Under the pieces are notes generated by a model. That model did not search any database. It was not told where the DNA came from and worked only from the letters and a program-made list of their open reading frames with translations. 53,315 nt of DNA from positions 1 to 53,315 of the IMG/VR virus record IMGVR_UViG_3300002855_000250. The stretch is one strand, 5' to 3'. Made by a program: the position numbers and the translations under genes. The stretch's first letter is position 1. Each line of letters starts with the position of its first letter. The stretch is from a virus (taxonomy: Duplodnaviria; Caudoviricetes). This document shows positions 25,465-33,828 of the stretch, in pieces.

Positions 25465-25571
25465 TCGAAGTGAAACCACAAGCTTGCTGTACGAAATGCG
25501 GAAAACCACAATCAACGGTGCAGATATGTTCGTCATGTCAGTCACAAATGTTTGGAGGCGGTAAGAAATGA
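25461..25571 (+). CDS. 36-aa Zn-ribbon micro-protein (not in track)
   Basis: MIEVKPQACCTKCGKPQSTVQICSSCQSQMFGGGKK; GGAGG RBS; ATGA overlaps at both ends. Confidence 0.65.
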   Translation: MIEVKPQACCTKCGKPQSTVQICSSCQSQMFGGGKK

Positions 25572-25837
25572 CCGGGATTGCAAAGGTGAAAATAAATGGG
25601 TTCGACTTCGATTCTTACACACCGGTTCAAGGCGAAGTCATCGATGCAGTTAAGCAGGAAACATTACGATCCGCATTCAACACTGTTTCGGACTTTATTC
25701 TAACTATTGATGTTTTGTTGTTTGGTGCATTTTTAATGACATGGTGGATCGACGGTGGTTTCGTATGGGGTAGCTGGTTTTTCCATAAGTTCGCTCCAGC
25801 ATTAATGCGAATGATTACGACTGGGCAGGTATATTAG
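25568..25837 (+). CDS. Small membrane protein
   Basis: Hydrophobic segment FILTIDVLLFGAFLMTWWIDGGFVWGSWFF; GGAGG RBS. Confidence 0.7.
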   Translation: MTGIAKVKINGFDFDSYTPVQGEVIDAVKQETLRSAFNTVSDFILTIDVLLFGAFLMTWWIDGGFVWGSWFFHKFAPALMRMITTGQVY

Positions 25838-25938
25838 ACAACCCACGAATGTCTAGGGTGACTTCGTCATAGCTTGTTCTCAGCGTCACTCTAGGGAAGT
25901 ACAAGGTTCCTTTTTGTCGATTCCTTAGGAGGTTTTAT

Positions 25939-27219
25939 ATGCGTGCTGAAGATGTATTGTATTTGGCGTTAAATCGCCTTGCCGAGTCTGATGTTAAGTC
26001 GCGTAAAAGCAATGGATTCAAGCTAATTCAATCCCGAAACATTGAATGTGGGTCTGAACATGCTTTCCGACTCCCCCTTGGATACAGTGCATTTGATGTC
26101 CAAAGCAAGGCAGATACCCTCGTAGCCGCTGTAGGGGCTCCTGTAGAGGTTATAGACCGGGGTGGGGCGGTTGTGCTGAGAGTAATTAAGAAAGACTTCC
26201 CTCTCGAACTTGCGGTCAGGGAGAAGGACATTCACTCTAAAGGTTTATTGATCGGCTATGACCGCTTAATGAACCCTCTATACCACCCCTTAAATACACA
26301 CATGCTTGTTGGTGGTGCTTCAGGATCCGGTAAGACTGACGCTGTTCGTTTCTGGATTTGGCAGTTATCACTTCAAGGGTACGACGTTAGAATCTGCGAC
26401 CTCAAAGGATTCTCATTCCTAGAGTTCGAGAGACTTCCGAATGTGTCCGTTGCTAAGTCCTTAGGTGAATCCTGTGATATGCTCGTAGACTCCATTTATG
26501 AATTAATGGCTCGTAAAGAAAAGATCATCCGTATGCGTTCCCGCGAAATCATTAAAACATTCAGACCAATTGTCGTTGTCATAGACGAAGCTGCTTCACT
26601 CGCTCCCAGACAGAATAACGGTAAATCTAAAAAGCTCGCTGAGGAATGCGATCACGCAATTTCGCTGTTCGGTCAGCAGGCCAGAGAACCGAAAATGTCC
26701 ATGATCTACTGCACGCAAAGACCCAGTATGGATGTCATAAATCTGCAGTTCCGAGCTAACGTTGAAGCCATGATTGCTTTCAGATGCCGAGACAAAGAAA
26801 ACTCTAAAATGATCCTTGGCAAGGAAGGGGCCGAACGAATCAGTCCTACCACACCTGGAAGATGTATCTACGCTTTCGAGCGCGATTACCATTTACAAGT
26901 TCCGTATGTAGGTAATGATTCTGCTTGGGCCAAACTGCTCACACCGAAAGTGGAGGTATTGCAGCATGGAAGTTCTCACCGCGCCGAACCAAAAAGAGCT
27001 TATCTTGAAGGCTCTTACACAAGTGCCAATAGCGACAATAGCGCAACTCTCAACACTGAACAATTCCCTCAGTCCCAAAAAGAAATCATCCAGCCTGTTA
27101 AGGGAACTCGAAGAGAATCGTTTAGTACAGTGGAGATGGCACGGCCAAGAGAAAGTATGGTCTCTAACCAAAAAGGGACGTCAGGTGCAACAGTGTACAA
27201 CGATGAGATTTCCGAATGA
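25939..27219 (+). CDS. FtsK/SpoIIIE-family ATPase (coupling-protein-like)
   Basis: GGASGSGKT, DLKG, VVVIDEA, CTQRP; AGGAGG RBS. Confidence 0.9.
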   Translation: MRAEDVLYLALNRLAESDVKSRKSNGFKLIQSRNIECGSEHAFRLPLGYSAFDVQSKADTLVAAVGAPVEVIDRGGAVVLRVIKKDFPLELAVREKDIHSKGLLIGYDRLMNPLYHPLNTHMLVGGASGSGKTDAVRFWIWQLSLQGYDVRICDLKGFSFLEFERLPNVSVAKSLGESCDMLVDSIYELMARKEKIIRMRSREIIKTFRPIVVVIDEAASLAPRQNNGKSKKLAEECDHAISLFGQQAREPKMSMIYCTQRPSMDVINLQFRANVEAMIAFRCRDKENSKMILGKEGAERISPTTPGRCIYAFERDYHLQVPYVGNDSAWAKLLTPKVEVLQHGSSHRAEPKRAYLEGSYTSANSDNSATLNTEQFPQSQKEIIQPVKGTRRESFSTVEMARPRESMVSNQKGTSGATVYNDEISE

Positions 27220-27598
27220 AATAACCCACTCTCTTTCCTTGGCAAATCTGTATTTTCAGATTAAGCCAAAGTATTGGCTATACGAGCCCATTGAACGATT
27301 TGAACATCTTGGGAATGAGTACACTTGGGCTCCTGACTGTATTTTTGTATACCAGAAGAAGGTTTATGCTTGCGAATTCCAGAGAACTAGGCTCACTCAA
27401 AAACGATGGGCGTTGAAATGGAATGCCTACAATCTTTTTTTCAATCGGGATCATTTCCACTCTGCAATATTTCAGAAATGGTCGACAAATCCTATCCTCC
27501 CTCAATTTCTAGTTATAACAAGCCAACAACCGGAAATCGTCAAAAACGGATTCGAAGTAAGTAATCGTGAGCTGATCGTATGCAGAGAGTTCAAGTAA
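26966..27598 (+). CDS. Replication-relaxation family protein (wHTH plus PD-(D/E)xK-like nuclease)
   Basis: LRELEENRLV, WSLTKKG, HSL....LY, PDCIF, ACEFQRT, KW.AY; GGAGG RBS before ATG 26966. Confidence 0.75.
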   Translation: MEVLTAPNQKELILKALTQVPIATIAQLSTLNNSLSPKKKSSSLLRELEENRLVQWRWHGQEKVWSLTKKGRQVQQCTTMRFPNEITHSLSLANLYFQIKPKYWLYEPIERFEHLGNEYTWAPDCIFVYQKKVYACEFQRTRLTQKRWALKWNAYNLFFNRDHFHSAIFQKWSTNPILPQFLVITSQQPEIVKNGFEVSNRELIVCREFK

Positions 27599-27600
27599 AA

Positions 27601-27681
27601 CCCGCCTGATGAGTGCATGACACCTTGGGGCCGATGGCTACGGTCCGAAAACCTTCCAATACGGGAGGTTAGCGGGAAGCC
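27601..27681 (+). ncRNA. Type I hammerhead ribozyme (variant with a 15-nt insertion before stem II)
   Basis: Stem I CCCGC/GCGGG, CUGAUGA 27606-27612, stem II GGGCCG/CGGUCC, GAAA 27647-27650, stem III ACCUUCC/GGGAGGU, UUA triplet ending at 27671, loop II GGCU complementary to 3' AGCC. Confidence 0.75.
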
Positions 27682-27709
27682 GCAAATTCAACTTGGAGGA
27701 TGATTATTA

Positions 27710-27982
27710 ATGATCATCGGAGAAAGAAAAGTAGTTGACGGGTTCTATGGGAAAGTGGACGTTACGGAAGTCCGAGAAGGTTCAGTCGTGTCGTACTACG
27801 ATCGCACATATGCGAACCATTACGAGGGTGTTGTTGTGGAGCAGGCAGAGGATGGGTTGACCGTCTTAGTCCTTGCTGCTGATAAACAGCCACAAACCGA
27901 TTCTTTCCGTCGCGTAATGTTTGGAAAGGCGTACTATGCAAACCTCACCGGAATTATCGAAATGCCCTCTTCCCACCGTTAA
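27710..27982 (+). CDS. Hypothetical protein downstream of the ribozyme
   Basis: 90 aa, GGAGG RBS, beta-rich. Confidence 0.7.
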   Translation: MIIGERKVVDGFYGKVDVTEVREGSVVSYYDRTYANHYEGVVVEQAEDGLTVLVLAADKQPQTDSFRRVMFGKAYYANLTGIIEMPSSHR

Positions 27983-27993
27983 CCAGCCTTGTG

Positions 27994-28022
27994 GCGACCC
28001 TCTTTATAATTGGGGGTCGCTT
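27994..28022 (+). terminator. Hairpin / probable terminator
   Basis: GCGACCCTC...GGGGGTCGC with a short T tail. Confidence 0.5.
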
Positions 28023-28030
28023 CAAGATGC

Positions 28031-28059
28031 TTGGCAAATAAGAGCTTGTAACGTACAAT
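28031..28059 (+). promoter_or_regulatory. SigA-type promoter
   Basis: TTGGCA-17-TACAAT upstream of 28124. Confidence 0.6.
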
Positions 28060-28123
28060 ATTTTCAAACAGTCCCAATAGCAAATACCCCAGCCGATGGG
28101 GACGAAAAACGAGGGTAAATGAA

Positions 28124-28801
28124 ATGAAAAAGAAATTATTATTATCATTGTTAATTGTTGTTGTGATGCTCGCATCCGCTTCAGTCGGCGCTTATGCTGC
28201 CACCAAGATGACGCTGATCGTTAATGGCAAAACCGCTTCAGTCGACCCTGTAGTCATTAAAGGCGTTACTTACGTCCCTCTCAGAGCTGCCGCCGATATG
28301 CTCGGGGCAAAAGTTAACTATGATGCATCGACCAACACCGTCACGGTAACTGGAAATCCAGAGATACCAAACACTCCAGCATCCAAGATAAAATCTTACA
28401 GCGTTGATATAACAGTCAATAGTGGCCCAATGATCATGAAGATCTCTAAGATTTCACTCGATCCAGCTTATAAACAATATTCCTTCGAATCGGCATCTCA
28501 CAAAGCGATTATACTTGAAGCCACAGTGGAGAACACTTCGGCCGATAAAATGACATGGTACGTCGATCAATCACAGCTGGTATTAAATACTAAGGAACAG
28601 ATCGAAGACTCATTAATGAGTGACAGCCGGATATCATCAGATTTTAACGGAAAGGTTATTAAAAAGGGACAGATTGCATTCGAGGTTAAAGACAGTGATC
28701 TAGAGGATATATCCAGCATTAGATTACTCTTGAAGTATGTAGTTGATGAAAAATTCAAGAGAATAGCTGAAGACAAGGAAACCGAAATAATACTTAAATA
28801 A
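28124..28801 (+). CDS. Secreted protein: signal peptide, copper-amine-oxidase N-terminal (stalk) domain and Ig-like domain (moron)
   Basis: MKKK-hydrophobic-AYA; GVTYVPLRAAADMLGAKVNYD; own promoter and terminator. Confidence 0.8.
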   Translation: MKKKLLLSLLIVVVMLASASVGAYAATKMTLIVNGKTASVDPVVIKGVTYVPLRAAADMLGAKVNYDASTNTVTVTGNPEIPNTPASKIKSYSVDITVNSGPMIMKISKISLDPAYKQYSFESASHKAIILEATVENTSADKMTWYVDQSQLVLNTKEQIEDSLMSDSRISSDFNGKVIKKGQIAFEVKDSDLEDISSIRLLLKYVVDEKFKRIAEDKETEIILK

Positions 28802-28810
28802 TCGCCATCC

Positions 28811-28881
28811 ACCGCCCGACCACAAGGTTAGGCGGTTTTTCTTTTAAAACGCAAAAAGCCCGAGAGCCGAAGCCCCCGGGC
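28811..28881. terminator. Back-to-back intrinsic terminators
   Basis: Plus strand: ACCGCC...GGCGG then T-run; minus strand: GCCCGGGGGCTTCGGCTCTCGGGC then TTTTT. Confidence 0.8.
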
Positions 28882-28887
28882 GAATGA

Positions 28888-30477
28888 TTACTTTGTTAGA
28901 GTCGCTGTCTTAGTTGCTTGATCCCATCCAACCTTTGCTCCAATAGCTTCCCCGACAGCACGAAGCGGTAGCAATGTAACCCCATCAATGACTCTCGCCC
29001 CTTCGATCTTCTTGCCAAAGACAATTGCTGTTACATCACTGGTAACAGGCTTATCCACGGTTGCTTCCTCCTTCTTCCCACTCCAGAATATTTCTTCCGT
29101 GTACGCATCGTTCAGATCAACGCTCGCACCGCCGAGTTTTGTATCGTTCTTATATTGATATAAGTTGGCTTTATCGCTCTTCTTCCCACCGCTCCAAGCA
29201 TATGTCTGCCAAAAGTATTTGCATGCTCCACGCTTTGCCATTTCCTCGATCACTCCGTAGTGACCATATACACCCACGTGATATCCTGGTATCTCTGCTT
29301 GAGCTGCCCGAAGGTATGCCTCAATAGCATCGTAATCCTTTGGTTGTGCATCGTAATCCACCGCGAAAAAGATTACGCTACCCGTCGGCTGGCTGACTAG
29401 TTTTGCCTCGGCTAATGCCTCTCGCCCATCCACTTGTCCGGCACCTTTACCACCAGTCACACGGTCCGTAGTCTTCTGATATACGGATGCAATCATTAGT
29501 CCCGCGCCATGAATAACATCAACCTCAGACCGCGTCAGACGCTTCCAAGCGTATCCGGCTGGCACGAGATAGCGCACAGCAAACTTAGCACCTTCGGCTG
29601 CTACTGACTTTGCTGTAGCCCCTGTCAGCGGCGTAGCGCAGTCAATGCCGAACAAGGTTTTTGGCTTCTGGAATAAGACGTTGGGATCGAACTGGATAGC
29701 AACAGCATGATGGATAATCCGTTGCACATGATTTTGTCCAATGTCAGCTACGTGATAATTGCGCTTTTTAACATTCTTGTCGATCTCCAGCGCATCAAGT
29801 AGTTGCCGATTATTTGTTGCGATCGTTGCGGATCCACCACCGTCCAAGTTGACTGATTCGGGGTACCCGAGACTAACTGCCATAATGCCGGATTCTTCTG
29901 TAGTAAGACCGCGATCTTTCGCTCCCCTACCATCAACTACGATAATTCCAAAAGTGCCATCTGCTTTAATACCAGTGATCATGCGCGGGTTAACTCCGGG
30001 TACATCCGATGGAGTCTTTTCCTCGGCTCTCGGTGGGTTTATAGCCTTACCTCCAGTCGACAACGTTGGAACGCCTACAACAGCCCAATCAACGCCTGCA
30101 GGATCATTCAATCGACCAATCCCAAAGCGTCCATTTTTGCGATAAAGATGAGGTCGTTGCTCCGTCTTGCCGACCACATCCGGAAATATAACCTTTCCGT
30201 TTTGAAAGGTTTTGCCGAGTAAAGCGCCCGTAGTTGAATTGAAATAAGGGGCGTTAATAACGACCCAGTTACCGCCATATTTAGCGACTAGATCGGCAAG
30301 GATCGACGACTCTGATTTGCCTTTGGCTACTTCCAACTCCGTCCGGATTACTGCAGTAGGCGGTATATCCAAGACCCTGAAGTCTGTCCAACCATCGGCC
30401 TTAGGAAAAGAGTTGTAATCTAACTTTCCCTCTTCGAACTTTTTGGATTTGACACGACCGCGAGTATGTTTAATCAC
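28888..30477 (-). CDS. Modular endolysin: phosphodiester glycosidase, DUF1906 (GH25-like) glycoside hydrolase and stalk domain
   Basis: INAPYF...PR...G...VVDGR...G...NLDGGGS; GIDC...FAVRYL...K.LT..E...FFAVDYD...GVYG...WQTYAWS; LLPLRAVGEAIGAKVGWD; follows the holins. Confidence 0.85.
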   Translation of the reverse strand: MIKHTRGRVKSKKFEEGKLDYNSFPKADGWTDFRVLDIPPTAVIRTELEVAKGKSESSILADLVAKYGGNWVVINAPYFNSTTGALLGKTFQNGKVIFPDVVGKTEQRPHLYRKNGRFGIGRLNDPAGVDWAVVGVPTLSTGGKAINPPRAEEKTPSDVPGVNPRMITGIKADGTFGIIVVDGRGAKDRGLTTEESGIMAVSLGYPESVNLDGGGSATIATNNRQLLDALEIDKNVKKRNYHVADIGQNHVQRIIHHAVAIQFDPNVLFQKPKTLFGIDCATPLTGATAKSVAAEGAKFAVRYLVPAGYAWKRLTRSEVDVIHGAGLMIASVYQKTTDRVTGGKGAGQVDGREALAEAKLVSQPTGSVIFFAVDYDAQPKDYDAIEAYLRAAQAEIPGYHVGVYGHYGVIEEMAKRGACKYFWQTYAWSGGKKSDKANLYQYKNDTKLGGASVDLNDAYTEEIFWSGKKEEATVDKPVTSDVTAIVFGKKIEGARVIDGVTLLPLRAVGEAIGAKVGWDQATKTATLTK

Positions 30478-30830
30478 CCCGCATCGCCACCTTTTACCTT
30501 GGCATTGTAATCTAACACAGCCTTTTCAATGGCGGCTGCAATGTCGGCACGGCTCAACTTAATGCCATACTTATCAGCTCGACTCTGCACAAACATAAAT
30601 GCTTCATTAAACTTTCCCGGACCTCCGGATCCTTGGTATACATTTTCAGCAAGCGCCATACCCTCTTGCGCCAAGCGATGTAATATCTCGCGTTGTTGGG
30701 CGCTTGTACGAGTCTCTAGCCACGCTGTAACCTTAACCCGCAACATTGCAACGACACCAAGGACAAACGCAACAAGGAGGCTCACAAGAGCCCCCACGAT
30801 GTTATCAATATACGGTTGTAAATGTTCCAT
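30474..30830 (-). CDS. Holin (LL-H-like)
   Basis: N-terminal TM, AE..Y...G..KF..A, IEKAV. Confidence 0.75.
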   Translation of the reverse strand: MEHLQPYIDNIVGALVSLLVAFVLGVVAMLRVKVTAWLETRTSAQQREILHRLAQEGMALAENVYQGSGGPGKFNEAFMFVQSRADKYGIKLSRADIAAAIEKAVLDYNAKVKGGDAG

Positions 30831-31147
30831 TAATTTAAGTCCTCCTTCATTCCATCAAGCCGGTTTATCCGGTGATGAGCTTGTTTGGTAGATTCCTCGA
30901 CCCTTGTAACGCGCTCAGCAAGAGCGTCAAACCTTTGCCCTTGAGCCCTTTGTTCTAACCGTACATCGTCCACCCCACGCTTGATGTATTCCATGTCAGC
31001 TTGTAACGTGGCGTTCTGGCGTACCTCCGTCGCCGTATCCTGACGAATCGTGCGGGAGCGACCTGACCATCCCAACACAATCCCGCTTATTGCTGCCAAC
31101 ACCGATAACACTGATACAATTACAGCAATCTCCAATCGCCTCACCAC
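30830..31147 (-). CDS. XhlA/BhlA-like lysis membrane protein
   Basis: N-terminal TM plus coiled coil YIKRGVDD...RVTRVEESTKQAHHRI. Confidence 0.75.
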   Translation of the reverse strand: MVRRLEIAVIVSVLSVLAAISGIVLGWSGRSRTIRQDTATEVRQNATLQADMEYIKRGVDDVRLEQRAQGQRFDALAERVTRVEESTKQAHHRINRLDGMKEDLN

Positions 31148-31150
31148 CCA

Positions 31151-32620
31151 TCAATTGATATATCCCTTCTCTATTGTCACGCTGCCCATAGTAACCGTTG
31201 ATATGTTCCCAAACGAATCCGTCACCTCAGCCTCGTGATAGTAAACACCTTTCAGATTTTCAGTATCCGCAGGATCTAGCTTGATCTTGATAATGCTCTC
31301 TTCTTCACCTGAGGTTACTGTTATGGCAGGCGTACTCTTGCTGATATACTGATTGCCCGATTTATGCAGGAGCCATTTAACCGTTGCCCCTGTGAGGTCT
31401 GTTGGATTTATAATCTCTATTTCCGTTGTGTCACCAGAGACCATTCTAAAGCTTTGATTGCGAGCAGTCACATCCACCCCTCCATTTAGTCTAATGATCA
31501 GTTGTCGAGCGCATACGAGGCGTACAGACAGCCTCCGAGCGCCTCTTAATCTCACAACCAATTGACGATCTCCACGCAACGTTACGTGTCTGATGATCTC
31601 TGGATCGTCTGGAAGATCACCTATGCGGATAAGCATTGAATAAACGTAGGCACGATCAACAAAAAACCGCTGCTTGGTAGCAAACGGAATCGATTGATTT
31701 GCGTATATGATCTGGCGCATAGCCACACTTGCGGTCTGCATTGCATATAGTTGTTGCATCGTCGGTGCGTCCGTTTGCCTCTCCGCGCTAATCACTTGGC
31801 GTAAGGCGTAATAGTAGCTAACGTCCTTGCCTTCGCTGTCCGTTATTACCTGGAGCATCGGATAGCTGTACGATCGGTCTATGCTGATACGCTGTACCGT
31901 CGGCGCGTCCATCTGTCCACCCGCATATAATCGCTGCAGTGTCGCTAGGCTTGCTGTACGGTCGCTGTAGATGCGCTCTAGCAACGGTGACTGATGCGAT
32001 AGATTAACGTATAGCCGTTGTGACGTAGGCGCTACACTCTCTTTAACCGCATATGAACGTTGGGCAGTAGCTAGCGCCGCTGTCCGGTTAGCGTATAGAG
32101 ACTGCTTAGTCGAGTAGGCGTAAGACACATCTACACCGCTAGGACCATCCTCTATCCATGTGCCACCGATAAGCGTTGCATGACGGCCATTACCAGATTG
32201 ATCTTGGACGTTGCCTAGCGTCATATCGTAGCTAGCTACAAGTGTTGCGCCGTTATAGATCTTGATGCCGTATAAGACTCCCTGCATAGCGCTACTAGTG
32301 TTATTGCTGTAGATGTATATCAAGCTTGTTTTAGCGGCACTAAACACTGATCTAACAGTAACCCGTGTATCCAATGTGATAAATGGAGTTAAGTTTGTTT
32401 GGGCGATTCCGTTAAGATAGAGCGCAGACACACCAGCTGACCATTGATCATTTTTGTCACCGCTCGCTATTTGAAAATATTCTGCACTAAATGGTAACGA
32501 CCAGTAACGGTCAAACCCTCGTTTTCGAGTACACTTAAAATCCATAACTATCTCGGTGAATGTCATGGACGGAAGGTTTAGACGATCATCCACACCGTCC
32601 ATTTTAAGGTAATACGCCAC
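31151..32620 (-). CDS. Tail/receptor-binding-associated protein (lectin-like N-terminus, 14-aa repeats, BppU-like C-terminus)
   Basis: YLKMDGVDD...DQSGNGRHATL.G.TW; repeats; GDT...DLTGATV...L.PADT...G.YYHE. Confidence 0.6.
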   Translation of the reverse strand: MAYYLKMDGVDDRLNLPSMTFTEIVMDFKCTRKRGFDRYWSLPFSAEYFQIASGDKNDQWSAGVSALYLNGIAQTNLTPFITLDTRVTVRSVFSAAKTSLIYIYSNNTSSAMQGVLYGIKIYNGATLVASYDMTLGNVQDQSGNGRHATLIGGTWIEDGPSGVDVSYAYSTKQSLYANRTAALATAQRSYAVKESVAPTSQRLYVNLSHQSPLLERIYSDRTASLATLQRLYAGGQMDAPTVQRISIDRSYSYPMLQVITDSEGKDVSYYYALRQVISAERQTDAPTMQQLYAMQTASVAMRQIIYANQSIPFATKQRFFVDRAYVYSMLIRIGDLPDDPEIIRHVTLRGDRQLVVRLRGARRLSVRLVCARQLIIRLNGGVDVTARNQSFRMVSGDTTEIEIINPTDLTGATVKWLLHKSGNQYISKSTPAITVTSGEEESIIKIKLDPADTENLKGVYYHEAEVTDSFGNISTVTMGSVTIEKGYIN

Positions 32621-32624
32621 TGTA

Positions 32625-32918
32625 TCACCCCACTCTATACTCTTCTACGATCATGCAAGGCTGTGGCCCGGGTTCATCATGCGTACATTCATGCCAATCC
32701 ACAGCACCCGTATGCTCATCTACATGCGCTTTGAGTAGCGTAAATAGCGCATCCTTATCACTCGCCGTTCTAACCCACGCTTCAAAAGTAAATGACGGAT
32801 AATCCTCGTAATCCGTGTCGTTGGCAGTCACTAAGCGCCATAAGGTAAATCGGTTGATGTCGGCAACAATTGGTGCTCCATCCGATGTCCTGATCGCTCC
32901 ACGGATGCTATACCGCAT
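32625..32918 (-). CDS. Hypothetical tail-region protein
   Basis: WHECTHDE...PC motif. Confidence 0.6.
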   Translation of the reverse strand: MRYSIRGAIRTSDGAPIVADINRFTLWRLVTANDTDYEDYPSFTFEAWVRTASDKDALFTLLKAHVDEHTGAVDWHECTHDEPGPQPCMIVEEYRVG

Positions 32919-33297
32919 ACTCTTTACCGCTTACCGTGAGCTTAATATCTGATTTATTCTGAGAGTCCGCAACAACCGGAGTAGTTACTTTAGCCCAAAA
33001 CGGCTTAGCGACGTTGCTGTCAGAGATGTCCGCCATTGTCAGCGATGCGCCTCCCGCTAGATAAGTACCCGCCGACCCTGCGTTGTCCGGAGCCAATTGT
33101 ATCCAATTGGACTCATCCGTTGCTACTACGTCCGTCGGCTTAACGGTGACCGACTTATACGTCTTAGCTGCGTTATCGTTAAAGAGCCACACGCGCAATT
33201 CGACCGCTGATCCACTGATCGGATGTTCCGTAGTAATTGGATTTGCGTCCGATACGATATCCGTCAAGCCTACGTTTTTACTAATCTTAAGCGCCAA
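32908..33297 (-). CDS. Hypothetical tail-region structural protein
   Basis: TTG start behind GGGAGG; beta-rich. Confidence 0.6.
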   Translation of the reverse strand: MALKISKNVGLTDIVSDANPITTEHPISGSAVELRVWLFNDNAAKTYKSVTVKPTDVVATDESNWIQLAPDNAGSAGTYLAGGASLTMADISDSNVAKPFWAKVTTPVVADSQNKSDIKLTVSGKEYAV

Positions 33298-33334
33298 TAT
33301 AATCGCCTCCCTCAAATAAATAAAGCCCCACTCA

Positions 33335-33478
33335 TTAAGCGGAAGCTTCGTAAACTTGACCCGTTATTTCTGCATATTGCTGCTCGGTAATTTTCCCAGC
33401 CACTACAAATACAGCGACATCTGCTTTTGTGTACCGCCCATCGTCGTAATACCGCTTAACTAATACAAACCAATTCAC
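33335..33478 (-). CDS. XkdX-family protein (not in track)
   Basis: MNWFVLVKRYYDDGRYT..DV..FV..GKIT.QQY.EITG. Confidence 0.85.
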   Translation of the reverse strand: MNWFVLVKRYYDDGRYTKADVAVFVVAGKITEQQYAEITGQVYEASA

Positions 33479-33811
33479 CTACACCACACCTTTCTCGACC
33501 AATAAAAGAAGCAGATCCGCTTGGGTCTGCTCTGTTTGGTCTAATCTAATTTGTGTATCCACGAGTTCTAATGCAATGAATGCATTTTCTGATTCCAGTT
33601 GATTGAGTCGAATCTGTTCCGGTGTAGGCGGTGGTGGAGGGGGAGTAGGTTCAAACTTTTCTGCTGACCATATGCCATTTTCGTATTTTCGCCATAGATA
33701 ATCCGTATCGCATTCATCAATCTCAATCATATTAGGTAGTTTCACAATACCTGCGAGAGAGGATACGCCAATACAAATATTTAATTCGTTAATTTGTGCG
33801 TAGTTGCGCAT
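33479..33811 (-). CDS. Tail-fibre assembly/chaperone-like protein
   Basis: YAQINE.NIC.GVS...YENG.W, Pro-rich linker, coiled coil; precedes XkdX. Confidence 0.65.
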   Translation of the reverse strand: MRNYAQINELNICIGVSSLAGIVKLPNMIEIDECDTDYLWRKYENGIWSAEKFEPTPPPPPPTPEQIRLNQLESENAFIALELVDTQIRLDQTEQTQADLLLLLVEKGVV

Positions 33812-33828
33812 AGGTACAACCTCCATTA

